Positions 19,568 through 28,675 of a DNA stretch of 29,541 nt are shown one piece after another. The notes under the pieces were generated by a model that saw only the letters and a program-made list of their open reading frames with translations, made no database searches and was not told the origin of the DNA. Source of the DNA: Bdellovibrionales bacterium (GTDB lineage: Bacteria; Bdellovibrionota; Bdellovibrionia; Bdellovibrionales; DASUEL01). The position numbers and the translations under genes were made by a program. Positions within the stretch are counted from its first letter, which is position 1; every line of letters begins with the position of its first letter. Location of the stretch: assembly GCA_050250255.1 (NCBI GenBank), contig JBFWOZ010000035.1, forward strand, positions 1 to 29,541, written 5' to 3'.

Positions 19568-20788
19568 ATGTCGTCGACAAGCCTCTTTGCCTTCATTTTA
19601 ATGCTTTTGAGTCCTGTAGTTTATGGGGCAAATATTCAAGAGACCTGCGCGGTCCCTGTTGTCGAAAAGATCAACATTGACGATGTGAAGCGCCTAACCT
19701 CCCACCCTTGTCAATTTAGCTTTGAAAAACTCATTGAATCTCTGCCAGCTGGAATGAAAGAGTCTGTCGTATTGATGAAAAAAAGCGCAAGTCTTGTAAG
19801 AACTTGTGTGGATGAAAAGGATCAAAATCTCCGAATTATTTATTCGGCACCTCATCTCGTTTTAGCATTTCCATGGAAAGCGACAAAGGATGATTCTTGT
19901 AAGATCGTCGAAGCGATTGGGCCTTCAAAAGGTACCCCAGGTTTAAATCCTACTCTTATTGATTACCGATCTGGAAAAGGTTCTATAGATGGTTCCGGGA
20001 GGCATTGTGTAGGTTGTCATGGGGAAAGTTTTAAACCGCTTTGGGAAAATTATGCGATCTGGAAAACTGAGAAGAATGAATCTATGGGTTTTGCCGATGA
20101 TGTCATCTTAGTCGGATCTACTGAGTATGAAACTTTCAAAAAGTTCATTAATAATGTTCAAGTTCAAAATAAAATGTCGTGGTTTGGAAGTCGGTTTCAA
20201 TCATTCGTGAAACAAACGCATTATCTTGAGTCGGAGCTGATAAAAACTCCCCCCACAAATGATGTTTTTTTTACTTCTCATATTCAGACTTTGAATTTGC
20301 CCTATGTCTTCGTTCTTAATGAAAAAGATAAGCCCAAGTCTCTAGACCTATTGGCCCGTCCTGGATTGCGTTTAGGAAAAATTCTTGGAGATTTTAATTC
20401 AGAGAGATTGAGCGAACAGATTTATTCAAAAATTCCAGAAAAAGAAATCGTGAATATGATCATTGAAAGTGGAGCCTGTGAGGGAAATAATCTTTTGAAC
20501 ATCATGCTCCCACTTTTAAAACATATCGGTTTAGAGGCAGACCAACTACAAATGACAATAGACACACATCAAAAAACCTATTTCGACGGTACAGAAAAGA
20601 GCGAACAGTCAGTACTCAAAGCGTTGATGCGTAAGCTTGTGCCTTCCTTTGCGAAGCATCCTTATCTTCAATCGGCCTATGACTTGTATTATGTAAAGCC
20701 TATTGCCTCTGTTGAGGAACGGTTTACGATCGTTTGCCGTGAAGTGATGGATGTCCTCAGTCGTAAATATCCTCAAGTCTTACAATAA
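19568..20788 (+). CDS. Secreted hypothetical protein with one CxxCH, possible c-type cytochrome
   Basis: Signal-peptide-like N-terminus, CVGCH motif, several additional cysteines. Confidence 0.7.
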   Translation: MSSTSLFAFILMLLSPVVYGANIQETCAVPVVEKINIDDVKRLTSHPCQFSFEKLIESLPAGMKESVVLMKKSASLVRTCVDEKDQNLRIIYSAPHLVLAFPWKATKDDSCKIVEAIGPSKGTPGLNPTLIDYRSGKGSIDGSGRHCVGCHGESFKPLWENYAIWKTEKNESMGFADDVILVGSTEYETFKKFINNVQVQNKMSWFGSRFQSFVKQTHYLESELIKTPPTNDVFFTSHIQTLNLPYVFVLNEKDKPKSLDLLARPGLRLGKILGDFNSERLSEQIYSKIPEKEIVNMIIESGACEGNNLLNIMLPLLKHIGLEADQLQMTIDTHQKTYFDGTEKSEQSVLKALMRKLVPSFAKHPYLQSAYDLYYVKPIASVEERFTIVCREVMDVLSRKYPQVLQ

Positions 20789-20837
20789 TGAATCAGTCCT
20801 CTTCATCATAAGCCTTTGAAATTCATAGGTTAGCTCT

Positions 20838-20871
20838 ATTTGTTAACAAATTTTCAATCATGTTAACAAAT
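20838..20871. promoter_or_regulatory. Tandem palindromic candidate operator
   Basis: Perfect 14-bp palindrome atttgttaacaaat (20838-20851); tgttaacaaat repeated at 20841 and 20861, exactly 20 bp apart. Confidence 0.55.
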
Positions 20872-20908
20872 GTTCTAAATTGAGAAAACATGAGTTAGGT
20901 TCCCCTTC

Positions 20909-21793
20909 ATGGAATCGCCATCGGTTTTTCAATATCAAAGTGCTAAGAGATTTCTCTTCGATTACGTCGAGCAGAAACAAAAAGCTGATTCGGGCTTTTC
21001 GATTCGTCGTTGGTCCAAAGAGATTGGTCTTTCGCACGCACTTTTGGCGATGCTTCTTCAGGGAAAAAGATCCATGACGTTGAAGCAGGTTCCTTATTTC
21101 TCAAAAGGAATGGGGCTTTCTTCTCCAGAGCGACTTTATTTTCAAGCGCTCATTCAATTTGATAATGCCGACACGCCTGAAGAAAAAGATCTCTGCCAGT
21201 TATGGCTCGCGGAAGTGAATCCTGGAAAAGTAGGACGTATTCGCGAAGTCGACGAATACATCGTGATCGCCCATTGGGTTCACATGGCTATTCTTGCTAT
21301 GACTGACCTTAACGATTTTAAAGGAACCGCAGAGGAGATACACGAAAAGCTTGAAGGCCGAGTCGCAATTCATGAAATTCGCGCAGCCCTTGAAAGATTA
21401 AAAGCATTAAATTTAGTAACAGAACAAGAGGGACGACTTGTATGCTCATATCAACGAATCACGACGAAGGATGATGTCGCGAATCGTGGAGCCCGTGAGT
21501 ATCATAAGCAGGTCGCCGCTCTCGTCCCCAATGCGATTGAAACTCAATCTGTTGAGGAACGAGAGTTTCAAAGTTTTGCCGTTTCTGTTCCTGAATCAAA
21601 AGTCAAATTAGCAAAAGAAATGATACGAAAATTTCGTACACAATTTTATGAAGCCATGACCGCCGAAAAAGGCGACATGGTTTATCAAACATCTATTCAG
21701 TTTTTCCGGCTTACGGAGAGCCCATCAAAACATGGGGTTTTGAAAGAGGACGAAGGCACCGGCTCTGATGAAAATAAAAGGAGTAAACAATGA
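20909..21793 (+). CDS. TIGR02147/DUF4423-like protein with N-terminal HTH
   Basis: FSIRRWSKEIGLS..LLAMLLQGKR HTH-like segment, then W.H.AI, ALERL..L.L, REYHKQ, EEREF and YQ..IQFF pattern recognised as this family. Confidence 0.85.
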   Translation: MESPSVFQYQSAKRFLFDYVEQKQKADSGFSIRRWSKEIGLSHALLAMLLQGKRSMTLKQVPYFSKGMGLSSPERLYFQALIQFDNADTPEEKDLCQLWLAEVNPGKVGRIREVDEYIVIAHWVHMAILAMTDLNDFKGTAEEIHEKLEGRVAIHEIRAALERLKALNLVTEQEGRLVCSYQRITTKDDVANRGAREYHKQVAALVPNAIETQSVEEREFQSFAVSVPESKVKLAKEMIRKFRTQFYEAMTAEKGDMVYQTSIQFFRLTESPSKHGVLKEDEGTGSDENKRSKQ

Positions 21794-23151
21794 AAAAACT
21801 TATTTTTTCAGCGTTCATGATTCTAATCGGAGCTTCCGTAACGGAGGCGCGGCATGGTGCCGGCAATGGTGGTGGAGGATTCGTTTGTCCCAATTCTGTC
21901 GATAACGAGTTATTAGATCTTTGGGAAGCAAAAAATCTTCTCAAATTAAATATCGTTCGTAGTGAAGCGGCCGTAGACGAGCAGGTGGCTTCATTGTTAA
22001 GTCGCCTGAAACGCATTGACAACATCTTGGGAGAACTGACCGAGAAGGAATTAACACGTTTACCATGGGTCGATATTGAGCCTGAAGTAGAAATTAGTTT
22101 CCCTAAAGATGCCAATTCTGCATTTCAAAAACCTGGTTGTCGTCCCATAGGTTTTGCTCTTTATGTAGATGAAACAAATACGTTACATAAAGATGCACTA
22201 AAGATAGCCTCTCTTCCATTAACGGATCAGGCCGCGCTCATCCTTCACGAAGCTTTATATAAAGCTGTCCGAAGAGCCAGTGAGACCACTCTCAGCTTTC
22301 GAGAAGTCGCACAAGACTCGAGATTCACTCGTTGGGTGGTAGGACATCTTGTGGCAAACGATCTTATTCCTCAATTAGCAGGTCTTCCAGAGGATCGTTA
22401 TGTAGTATGTGGGGAAGATTGGCTGTGGCTGGAGAACAATAAAGTTTATGTACAAAGAGTTCGTGGAGAGGCCACCAAACGGATCGGTTGGGACCATCAG
22501 GTTGGCCGAGTTTTATCTTACATTGAAGATAAAGAATTTGTACGTCGTTTTTCACTTATTGGAACTCTGCCAACGGATGCGTACACATTAGGATATCCTT
22601 ATGATTTTGCCTTGGAGTCAGAAAAATCAAAGTTTCCTATGGCGCCACAGAACGGCCTTACTATGAACTATTCCATCGAAGTGATTCAAACGATCAATGC
22701 TCATAGGTTGGAAATAAAGAAACTCGACGCTCATTACATTGGGGTTTGCACTATAGCAAAAAATCCTCCACTGCCAGTGGCGATTAGGCCGAAGTATTTG
22801 GCCAGTACGTTTAAGGTTTTTACTAAGCCTCAGGAGTTTGGAAGAGAGGACAGCCATACAATAACCTTACCGCCGACACCTGCAGGAACGATGATCGGAA
22901 GTGTAACTTCCAAGATAGATGCAAAAGCAGGTATATTTAGTTCTGATTTTTGGGCTTACACCATTTATTATCCTGGAGATGGTAAAAAAGCTCTTTATAG
23001 AACTGAAGGCGCGGGTGATAAATCGGTTTTGAGGCAGCGGTTGTATTCTCCAACCCCCATTACTACTTCGACGTTCCAATTAAAAAGTCACGGCTCCAAG
23101 GTTGTGTTTAAATTGTTGGATTTAGAATTTTTGATACCTCAAGAACAATAA
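21790..23151 (+). CDS. Secreted hypothetical protein with post-signal GNGG motif
   Basis: Signal peptide MKKLIFSAFMILIGASVTEA, then RHGAGNGGGGFVC, LDLWEA and LILHEALY. ATGA overlap with the upstream gene. Confidence 0.8.
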   Translation: MKKLIFSAFMILIGASVTEARHGAGNGGGGFVCPNSVDNELLDLWEAKNLLKLNIVRSEAAVDEQVASLLSRLKRIDNILGELTEKELTRLPWVDIEPEVEISFPKDANSAFQKPGCRPIGFALYVDETNTLHKDALKIASLPLTDQAALILHEALYKAVRRASETTLSFREVAQDSRFTRWVVGHLVANDLIPQLAGLPEDRYVVCGEDWLWLENNKVYVQRVRGEATKRIGWDHQVGRVLSYIEDKEFVRRFSLIGTLPTDAYTLGYPYDFALESEKSKFPMAPQNGLTMNYSIEVIQTINAHRLEIKKLDAHYIGVCTIAKNPPLPVAIRPKYLASTFKVFTKPQEFGREDSHTITLPPTPAGTMIGSVTSKIDAKAGIFSSDFWAYTIYYPGDGKKALYRTEGAGDKSVLRQRLYSPTPITTSTFQLKSHGSKVVFKLLDLEFLIPQEQ

Positions 23152-23160
23152 GTTAATGTG

Positions 23161-23195
23161 AACAAGTCACAAGATGATTACTTGTGACTTGTTTT
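23161..23195. terminator. Hairpin between convergent genes, probable terminator
   Basis: Perfect 13-bp stem aacaagtcacaag/cttgtgacttgtt with a 7-nt loop. Confidence 0.65.
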
Positions 23196-23964
23196 ACTGG
23201 TGAAAATAATCATAAAGCGCGATGCTCGCAGCGACTGTCGCGTTTAAGGAATCAATCTTGCCTGAACTTGCGATCGAAAGTTTTGCTTGCTCAGGAATCG
23301 AGGAGGGGAGTCCCTGCCCCTCTTCTCCCAATAAAAGAAAACAGTTCTTAGGCCACTTATGATCTTTAAGAGACTTCCCATTTGCATCAAGAGCAAAGAA
23401 GTTTTTATCACTGGCTTTAATTTCTGAGAGCGCAGGACCCATTTCAAAATTTAATAAATAGGGATTGCTACTCAAAGCTCGAATAGACTTAGGGTGATAA
23501 GGATGGGAGCACTCTTTTAGGATGATGATCTTTGAAACATCAAAATTAAGAGCGGATCTTAAGATAGCGCCCAGGTTGCTCGGGTTTTGAAGAGCAAGAA
23601 GCAGCTCTAGGCCTTGTGGCGAAGAGAGTTTGCTCTGAGGAATTTCGGTGCTTTCGCAAACAAAAATGGGTTGATGAATGCCGAAGACATCGAGTTCCTT
23701 AAAAAGTTCTTTTGAAAGCTCAAAATGTGTCGCTTTTTTTGTTTTTAAAAGAGTGGCATCGTAGGCACGAACTTGATCCATGTGTTCGGCGGTGAATAAA
23801 ATGGCATTCACCTTTTCCGGATTTTGCTCAAGAACTTCAGCGATTGGCTTTCCATAGAGTAAAAAGAGACCTGACTCACGAATACCCTGACTTTTCAAAA
23901 GAGAGATCCAGGTTTTATATTTGGGATTACTGGACGCCGAAATGTTTTGAAACCGTACGTCCAT
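23194..23964 (-). CDS. TrmH/SpoU family RNA methyltransferase
   Basis: LQNPSNLGAILRS, LGEEGQGL and DSLNATVAASIALY SPOUT motifs. Confidence 0.92.
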   Translation of the reverse strand: MDVRFQNISASSNPKYKTWISLLKSQGIRESGLFLLYGKPIAEVLEQNPEKVNAILFTAEHMDQVRAYDATLLKTKKATHFELSKELFKELDVFGIHQPIFVCESTEIPQSKLSSPQGLELLLALQNPSNLGAILRSALNFDVSKIIILKECSHPYHPKSIRALSSNPYLLNFEMGPALSEIKASDKNFFALDANGKSLKDHKWPKNCFLLLGEEGQGLPSSIPEQAKLSIASSGKIDSLNATVAASIALYDYFHQ

Positions 23965-24665
23965 TAATCTACATCCTTTTCGTGATATTCGAGCTCTTTA
24001 TGGGCCATTTTTTGATAGATCACCATGCGACGCTGGTGGGGTGTATGAGGAAGTTCGTACGGTTTATTTTCGATGAGGCGAAAGTATTCGCCCCATTCTC
24101 TCTCGGCAGTTTTCAGTTCGGCATCCACGTTAGGACCTTTCATCAAAAAGACTTTCCCGCCGGTTTTGAGGCAATTCATAACCTGTCTTAAGGTGTCGGG
24201 AGTTTCAGCAAAGGCACGTGTGATAACCGCTTGGACGGGGTAGTGAAAATCTTCGTTCACTTGGCGGCCGATGATATCGAGTTTTTTGAGATTTAAGGTT
24301 TCACGCATTCGCTTTAAAAATTCCACGCGTTTTTGAACACCTTCTGCGAGAAGGATTTGTGGCTCTGGTAACATAATTTTTAGTGGAATTCCGGGAAATC
24401 CAGGTCCGGTGCCGACATCAAGAAGAGGGAACTCAAGTTTCGCGACTTTTAAGACCATTAAGGAGTCGACAAAATGTTTAATGACCACTTCACGAAGCGT
24501 GCGTAAGCGAGTGGAGTTATGGTGCTTTTGTTCTTCCATCAACTCGATATAAAATCGCGTGAATTGGTGACGAGTGGTGTGGGGAATATCTTCAAACCCA
24601 TGGTTATGGAAGATGTCTCGAATCCGATCGTCAATCTGGTTAAAGTCCTTCTCGTTTTGCATCAT
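23964..24665 (-). CDS. rsmG: 16S rRNA m7G527 methyltransferase RsmG/GidB family
   Basis: KHFVDSL, LDVGTGPGFPGIPL, KRVEFL, TRAF and MKG motifs. Confidence 0.9.
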   Translation of the reverse strand: MMQNEKDFNQIDDRIRDIFHNHGFEDIPHTTRHQFTRFYIELMEEQKHHNSTRLRTLREVVIKHFVDSLMVLKVAKLEFPLLDVGTGPGFPGIPLKIMLPEPQILLAEGVQKRVEFLKRMRETLNLKKLDIIGRQVNEDFHYPVQAVITRAFAETPDTLRQVMNCLKTGGKVFLMKGPNVDAELKTAEREWGEYFRLIENKPYELPHTPHQRRMVIYQKMAHKELEYHEKDVD

Positions 24666-24717
24666 GTTAGGCGCATATTAATTGAATAAACATGGAAAAT
24701 CATTATATTTTACGAAC

Positions 24718-25749
24718 ATGTCGACAGCCAATTTGCAGTCTCAACTTGAGGAACTTTCACGCCAGGCCATTGTCGCTTTTGAAGCGGCGCCGAGTGCTCA
24801 GGATCTTTACCAATTGAAGGTTCAGTATCTTGGAAAGACGAGTCCTTTCTCAGCTTTGATGCGTGAAATGAAAAATCTTCCTGCTGAAGAGCGACCTACC
24901 TTTGGACAAAAGGTCAACGAGGTCAAACAACTGGTCGAAAAGAAGTACGAAGAGGTTGATCAGAAGCTCAAGTCTAAAGAGCTCATGGCGCGACTTTCTG
25001 AAGAACGTATCGATATGACCTTGCCGGCACCGGCCCAGCCTATTTCGAGTCAACACCCTGTGCATTTAGTTTTAAACGAGATGGTCGAGATTTTTTCGCG
25101 TATTGGTTATTCCGTTCGCTTAGGACCTTTGATCGAAAAAGATTTTTATAATTTTGAAGCGCTCAATATGCCAAAAGATCATCCTGCGCGAGATATGCAG
25201 GACACTTTTTATATCGATGAAGCTCATGTGCTTCGCACGCATACGAGCCCGGTACAGATCCACACGATGGAAAACGAGAAACCACCGATTCGAATTATCG
25301 CGCCTGGTTCGGTTTTTCGTTGCGATAGTGATATTTCGCATTTACCGATGTTTCATCAAGTAGAAGGTTTGGTCATTGATGAGAACGTTTCAATGGCAGA
25401 TTTAAAAGGCACTCTCGCATATTTCAACCGCGAATTTTTCGGGCAAAATGTGAAGACGAGATTTCGTCCAAGTTTCTTTCCATTTACAGAACCTTCCGCC
25501 GAGGTGGATTGCTCTTGTACGCTTTGTGCTGGTAAGGGTTGTCGACTGTGCGGAAACTCAGGTTGGATTGAAGTAGGTGGATGTGGGTTAGTTAACCCTA
25601 ACGTCTTTAAATTAGTAGGTCTTGAGTACCCTAAATGGAAAGGTTTTGCTTTCGGGATGGGTGTTGAGAGACTCGCGGTTGTAAAATATGGTATTGAGGA
25701 CATTCGTCTTTTTCCTGAAAACGACATTCGCTTCCTGGAGCAGTTTTAA
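24718..25749 (+). CDS. pheS: Phenylalanine--tRNA ligase alpha subunit
   Basis: [51 protein letters not shown]. Start placed at ATG 24718. Confidence 0.97.
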   Translation: MSTANLQSQLEELSRQAIVAFEAAPSAQDLYQLKVQYLGKTSPFSALMREMKNLPAEERPTFGQKVNEVKQLVEKKYEEVDQKLKSKELMARLSEERIDMTLPAPAQPISSQHPVHLVLNEMVEIFSRIGYSVRLGPLIEKDFYNFEALNMPKDHPARDMQDTFYIDEAHVLRTHTSPVQIHTMENEKPPIRIIAPGSVFRCDSDISHLPMFHQVEGLVIDENVSMADLKGTLAYFNREFFGQNVKTRFRPSFFPFTEPSAEVDCSCTLCAGKGCRLCGNSGWIEVGGCGLVNPNVFKLVGLEYPKWKGFAFGMGVERLAVVKYGIEDIRLFPENDIRFLEQF

Positions 25750-28172
25750 TGAAAATTTCTTTGAGATGGCTCAACGATTACGTTCCAGTACAAGAGTATT
25801 TTGAAAAGCCAGATAAATTGGTTCAACTTCTTACGAGCGTTGGTCTTGAGGTGGAATCCACCGAAGATCTTGGTGCGCGTTTTAAAAATGTCGTCGTCGG
25901 ATGTATTTTAGAAAAGGCGCAACATCCAGGCGCGGATCGACTCACAGTTTGCCAAGTGTCGACGGGCCACGGAATTGTTCATCAAATTGTTTGTGGAGCG
26001 AAAAATCACAATCAAGGTGATCGTGTCGTAGTTGCGCTTCCAGGGGCTGTGCTTCCAGGTGATTTTGCGATTAAAGATTCTGTGATTCGCGGAGTGGCCT
26101 CTAAAGGGATGCTTTGTTCGGAAACTGAGCTGGGTCTTTCTGCAGACGAGAGTCCTGGAATCATGATTCTACCAGTAGATGCCCCGATTGGAACAACGTT
26201 TGCGGAATACATGAAGCTTGATGATGTGATTTTAGAAATCAAAGTTACTCCCAATCGGTCGGACTGTTTAAGCCATTTTGGTTTGGCTCGCGAGATCGCG
26301 GCGATTAAAGATGTAGATTATAATTTTCCTTTGAAATCCTTTAAAGAATCTTCGAATTCCACCAAAAACGAAATTGAACTTGTCGTTAAAAACCAAGATC
26401 TTTGCCCACGATATTCAGGCCGATATATTGCTAACGTGAAAGTAGGACCTTCTCCGCTATGGATGAAGTCTCGCCTTGAAGCTGTGGGACTCAAATCGAT
26501 CAATAACATAGTGGATATTACCAATTACGTGATGATGGAACTGGGGCAGCCTCTTCATGCTTTTGATGTCAAAGAGCTTAAAGGTAAAAAGATTATTGTT
26601 GATATGGCAAAGCCGGATGAGGCTTTTAAAACACTCGACGGTACCGAACTTAAACTCACGGGCCAAGAGCTCCTCATTCGTGATGGAGAGCGGGGAGTGG
26701 CGTTGGCAGGTGTTGTTGGTGGACAAAACAGCGGCATCAACGACGACACGAAAAATGTGTTTCTTGAATGCGCTTACTTTAACCCTGCAGGCGTTCGTCG
26801 TACAGCGAGACAACATGGGATTGAGACCGACTCGGCTTACCGATTCACACGTGGTGTGAATCCTGATGCTGTGATGTTGGCGCTCAACCGCGCATCAGAA
26901 CTTTTACAGGATTTAGCAGGTGGTGAGCTCTATAATTCACCTCATGATTTCTATCCGCAGCCAATTCCCAAAAAAATAATCAGCTTTGATGTCGAGACCG
27001 CAACGAAGAGCCTTGGTTACAAAGTCGAGAAAAAAGATTTTATTCAGTGGATGGAGCGACTTGAGTGTGAAGTAAAAGACGAAGGAGAGACTTTGAAAAT
27101 TTCTCCGCCTCTTTACCGGTGGGACATTAATCAAGATATGGATCTGGTCGAAGAATATTCGAGACTCAATGGCTATGATAAAATTCCTGAAACTTTACCG
27201 GCTTTAAAGTCAGCACCAGCTCGTGATGATCAAGAGTTTCTTTTCCTTAATCGTTCAAGTGATATCATCCGCACCCAAGGTTACCGTCAGGCCGTCAATT
27301 ACGCCTTTGTATCCTCTCAAGCTCAAAAACAGTTTTTAGGTGATGTCTCTCAGATTTCGTTTTTAGCCACCTCTGAACCGGTGAAGGTGATGAACCCGAT
27401 CAGTGATGAACTAGATGCGATGCGAGTGTCATTGCTTCCGGGCCTTTCAGAAAATCTGAAATACAACTACCGACATGGTGTTCAGAATGGGCGTTTGTTC
27501 GAATTAGGCCATGTGTTTCATAAAGTAGAAAGCGAATACCATCAGCACCTTCGAGCAGCTTTTGTCGTTTGGGGGCAAAAAACCAATCTCTGGGAGAAGC
27601 AAAAAGAACAAACGATTCTTTTTGAACTCAAAGGTCATTTAGATATTTTGCTTTCGCAAATAGGTATTGGATTTTGGGAGTGGAAAGCGCTCACTGGCTC
27701 CCCCGCTTTTTTACACCCTGGTCAAAGCATTGGTCTGTATCATGAGCGAAAGCCGATTGGCGTTCTCGGAGCTTTACATCCGCTTCTCTCGGAAGAGTGG
27801 AAGCTCCGCGTGCCCACAGTGATGGCGGAAATTAATTTGTCTACACTTATGACCGCCACGAAGAAACGACAAAAAATTCGTACACCATCAAAGTTTCCTT
27901 CAGTAGAAAGAGACCTCGCCTTCGTTATGCCGAAGGAAATGGAAAGCGCCATGGTGACGTCCGTGATGAAGAAGGCGGCAAAAGAGTTTTTGAAAAAAGT
28001 GGACATCTTTGATGAATTTCTTGGAGCGCCCTTAAAGGAAAATGAAAAGTCCTTAGCTTTCAAACTCACTCTTCAAGACGACAGTGGTACCTTGACCGAA
28101 GAAAAACTTGCGGAATTACAGAAGCGGCTCATTGATTCAGTGAGTTCTGAGCTTTTAATTCGAATTCGATAG
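25749..28172 (+). CDS. pheT: Phenylalanine--tRNA ligase beta subunit
   Basis: IVCGAKN, SKGMLCS, TPNRSDCLS, VDITNYVM.ELGQPLHAFD and SKFPSVERDLAF motifs. Confidence 0.97.
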   Translation: MKISLRWLNDYVPVQEYFEKPDKLVQLLTSVGLEVESTEDLGARFKNVVVGCILEKAQHPGADRLTVCQVSTGHGIVHQIVCGAKNHNQGDRVVVALPGAVLPGDFAIKDSVIRGVASKGMLCSETELGLSADESPGIMILPVDAPIGTTFAEYMKLDDVILEIKVTPNRSDCLSHFGLAREIAAIKDVDYNFPLKSFKESSNSTKNEIELVVKNQDLCPRYSGRYIANVKVGPSPLWMKSRLEAVGLKSINNIVDITNYVMMELGQPLHAFDVKELKGKKIIVDMAKPDEAFKTLDGTELKLTGQELLIRDGERGVALAGVVGGQNSGINDDTKNVFLECAYFNPAGVRRTARQHGIETDSAYRFTRGVNPDAVMLALNRASELLQDLAGGELYNSPHDFYPQPIPKKIISFDVETATKSLGYKVEKKDFIQWMERLECEVKDEGETLKISPPLYRWDINQDMDLVEEYSRLNGYDKIPETLPALKSAPARDDQEFLFLNRSSDIIRTQGYRQAVNYAFVSSQAQKQFLGDVSQISFLATSEPVKVMNPISDELDAMRVSLLPGLSENLKYNYRHGVQNGRLFELGHVFHKVESEYHQHLRAAFVVWGQKTNLWEKQKEQTILFELKGHLDILLSQIGIGFWEWKALTGSPAFLHPGQSIGLYHERKPIGVLGALHPLLSEEWKLRVPTVMAEINLSTLMTATKKRQKIRTPSKFPSVERDLAFVMPKEMESAMVTSVMKKAAKEFLKKVDIFDEFLGAPLKENEKSLAFKLTLQDDSGTLTEEKLAELQKRLIDSVSSELLIRIR

Positions 28173-28232
28173 GTCTAGTTTCCATAACGCTTCGCTTAAT
28201 AATCCTCATCTTCAGTTAATAATATTGAAAGT

Positions 28233-28245
28233 AATCAAGGACTTG
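28233..28245 (+). promoter_or_regulatory. IHF consensus site upstream of ihfA
   Basis: aatcaaggacttg is an exact match to WATCAANNNNTTR, with an AT-rich tract on the 5' side. Confidence 0.5.
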
Positions 28246-28290
28246 TTAGCCTTTTCATAGGTATTCACAAGCAAACTAGGAGTCTCATCC

Positions 28291-28635
28291 ATGAGTGGTG
28301 AAAACTTAGGCAAATCGACAATGACCAAGGCGGATATTGTCGAGAAGGTCTATCAGAAAATTGGGTTCACAAAAAAAGAAGCAGCTCGACTTGTCGAGCT
28401 TGTTTTTGATTCGATCAAAGACACACTCGAGCGTGGAGAGAAGGTCAAGGTTTCTGGTTTTGGAAACTTTGTCGTAAGGAAGAAAAAAGAGCGCATCGGA
28501 CGCAATCCTCAAACTGGCGAGCAAATTAAAATCAGTGCACGTCATGTCATGACGTTTCGCCCGAGCCAAGTTTTAAAGGCCATTTTAAATGGCGAGGACA
28601 TTACAGGCTTGGTTGATGATGACGATGATGATTAG
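28291..28635 (+). CDS. ihfA: Integration host factor subunit alpha
   Basis: MTKADI, VKVSGFGNF, RIGRNPQTGE, TFRPSQVLK; follows pheT; SD aggag at 28278-28282. Confidence 0.93.
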   Translation: MSGENLGKSTMTKADIVEKVYQKIGFTKKEAARLVELVFDSIKDTLERGEKVKVSGFGNFVVRKKKERIGRNPQTGEQIKISARHVMTFRPSQVLKAILNGEDITGLVDDDDDD

Positions 28636-28675
28636 TCAATTCACGAATAACGAATCGATTCGTTAGGAGGTTTTT

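Noticed and set aside
22230..22262. Zincin metalloprotease motif in the secreted GNGG protein
   Set aside because: HEALY lacks the second His of HExxH, so protease activity cannot be claimed.
618..24717. Longest-ORF starts at 618, 9773, 13406, 15401, 18583 and 24682
   Set aside because: Downstream starts fit SD position, stop/start overlaps or family N-termini better.
25510..25552. CxxC...CxxC insert in PheS as a novelty
   Set aside because: This Cys-rich insert is common in PheS from many bacterial lineages.
326..28569. Numerous short antisense or out-of-frame ORFs inside ccsA, act, thrS, mva, phe and ihfA genes
   Set aside because: Shadows of well-supported genes with no motifs or independent start signals.
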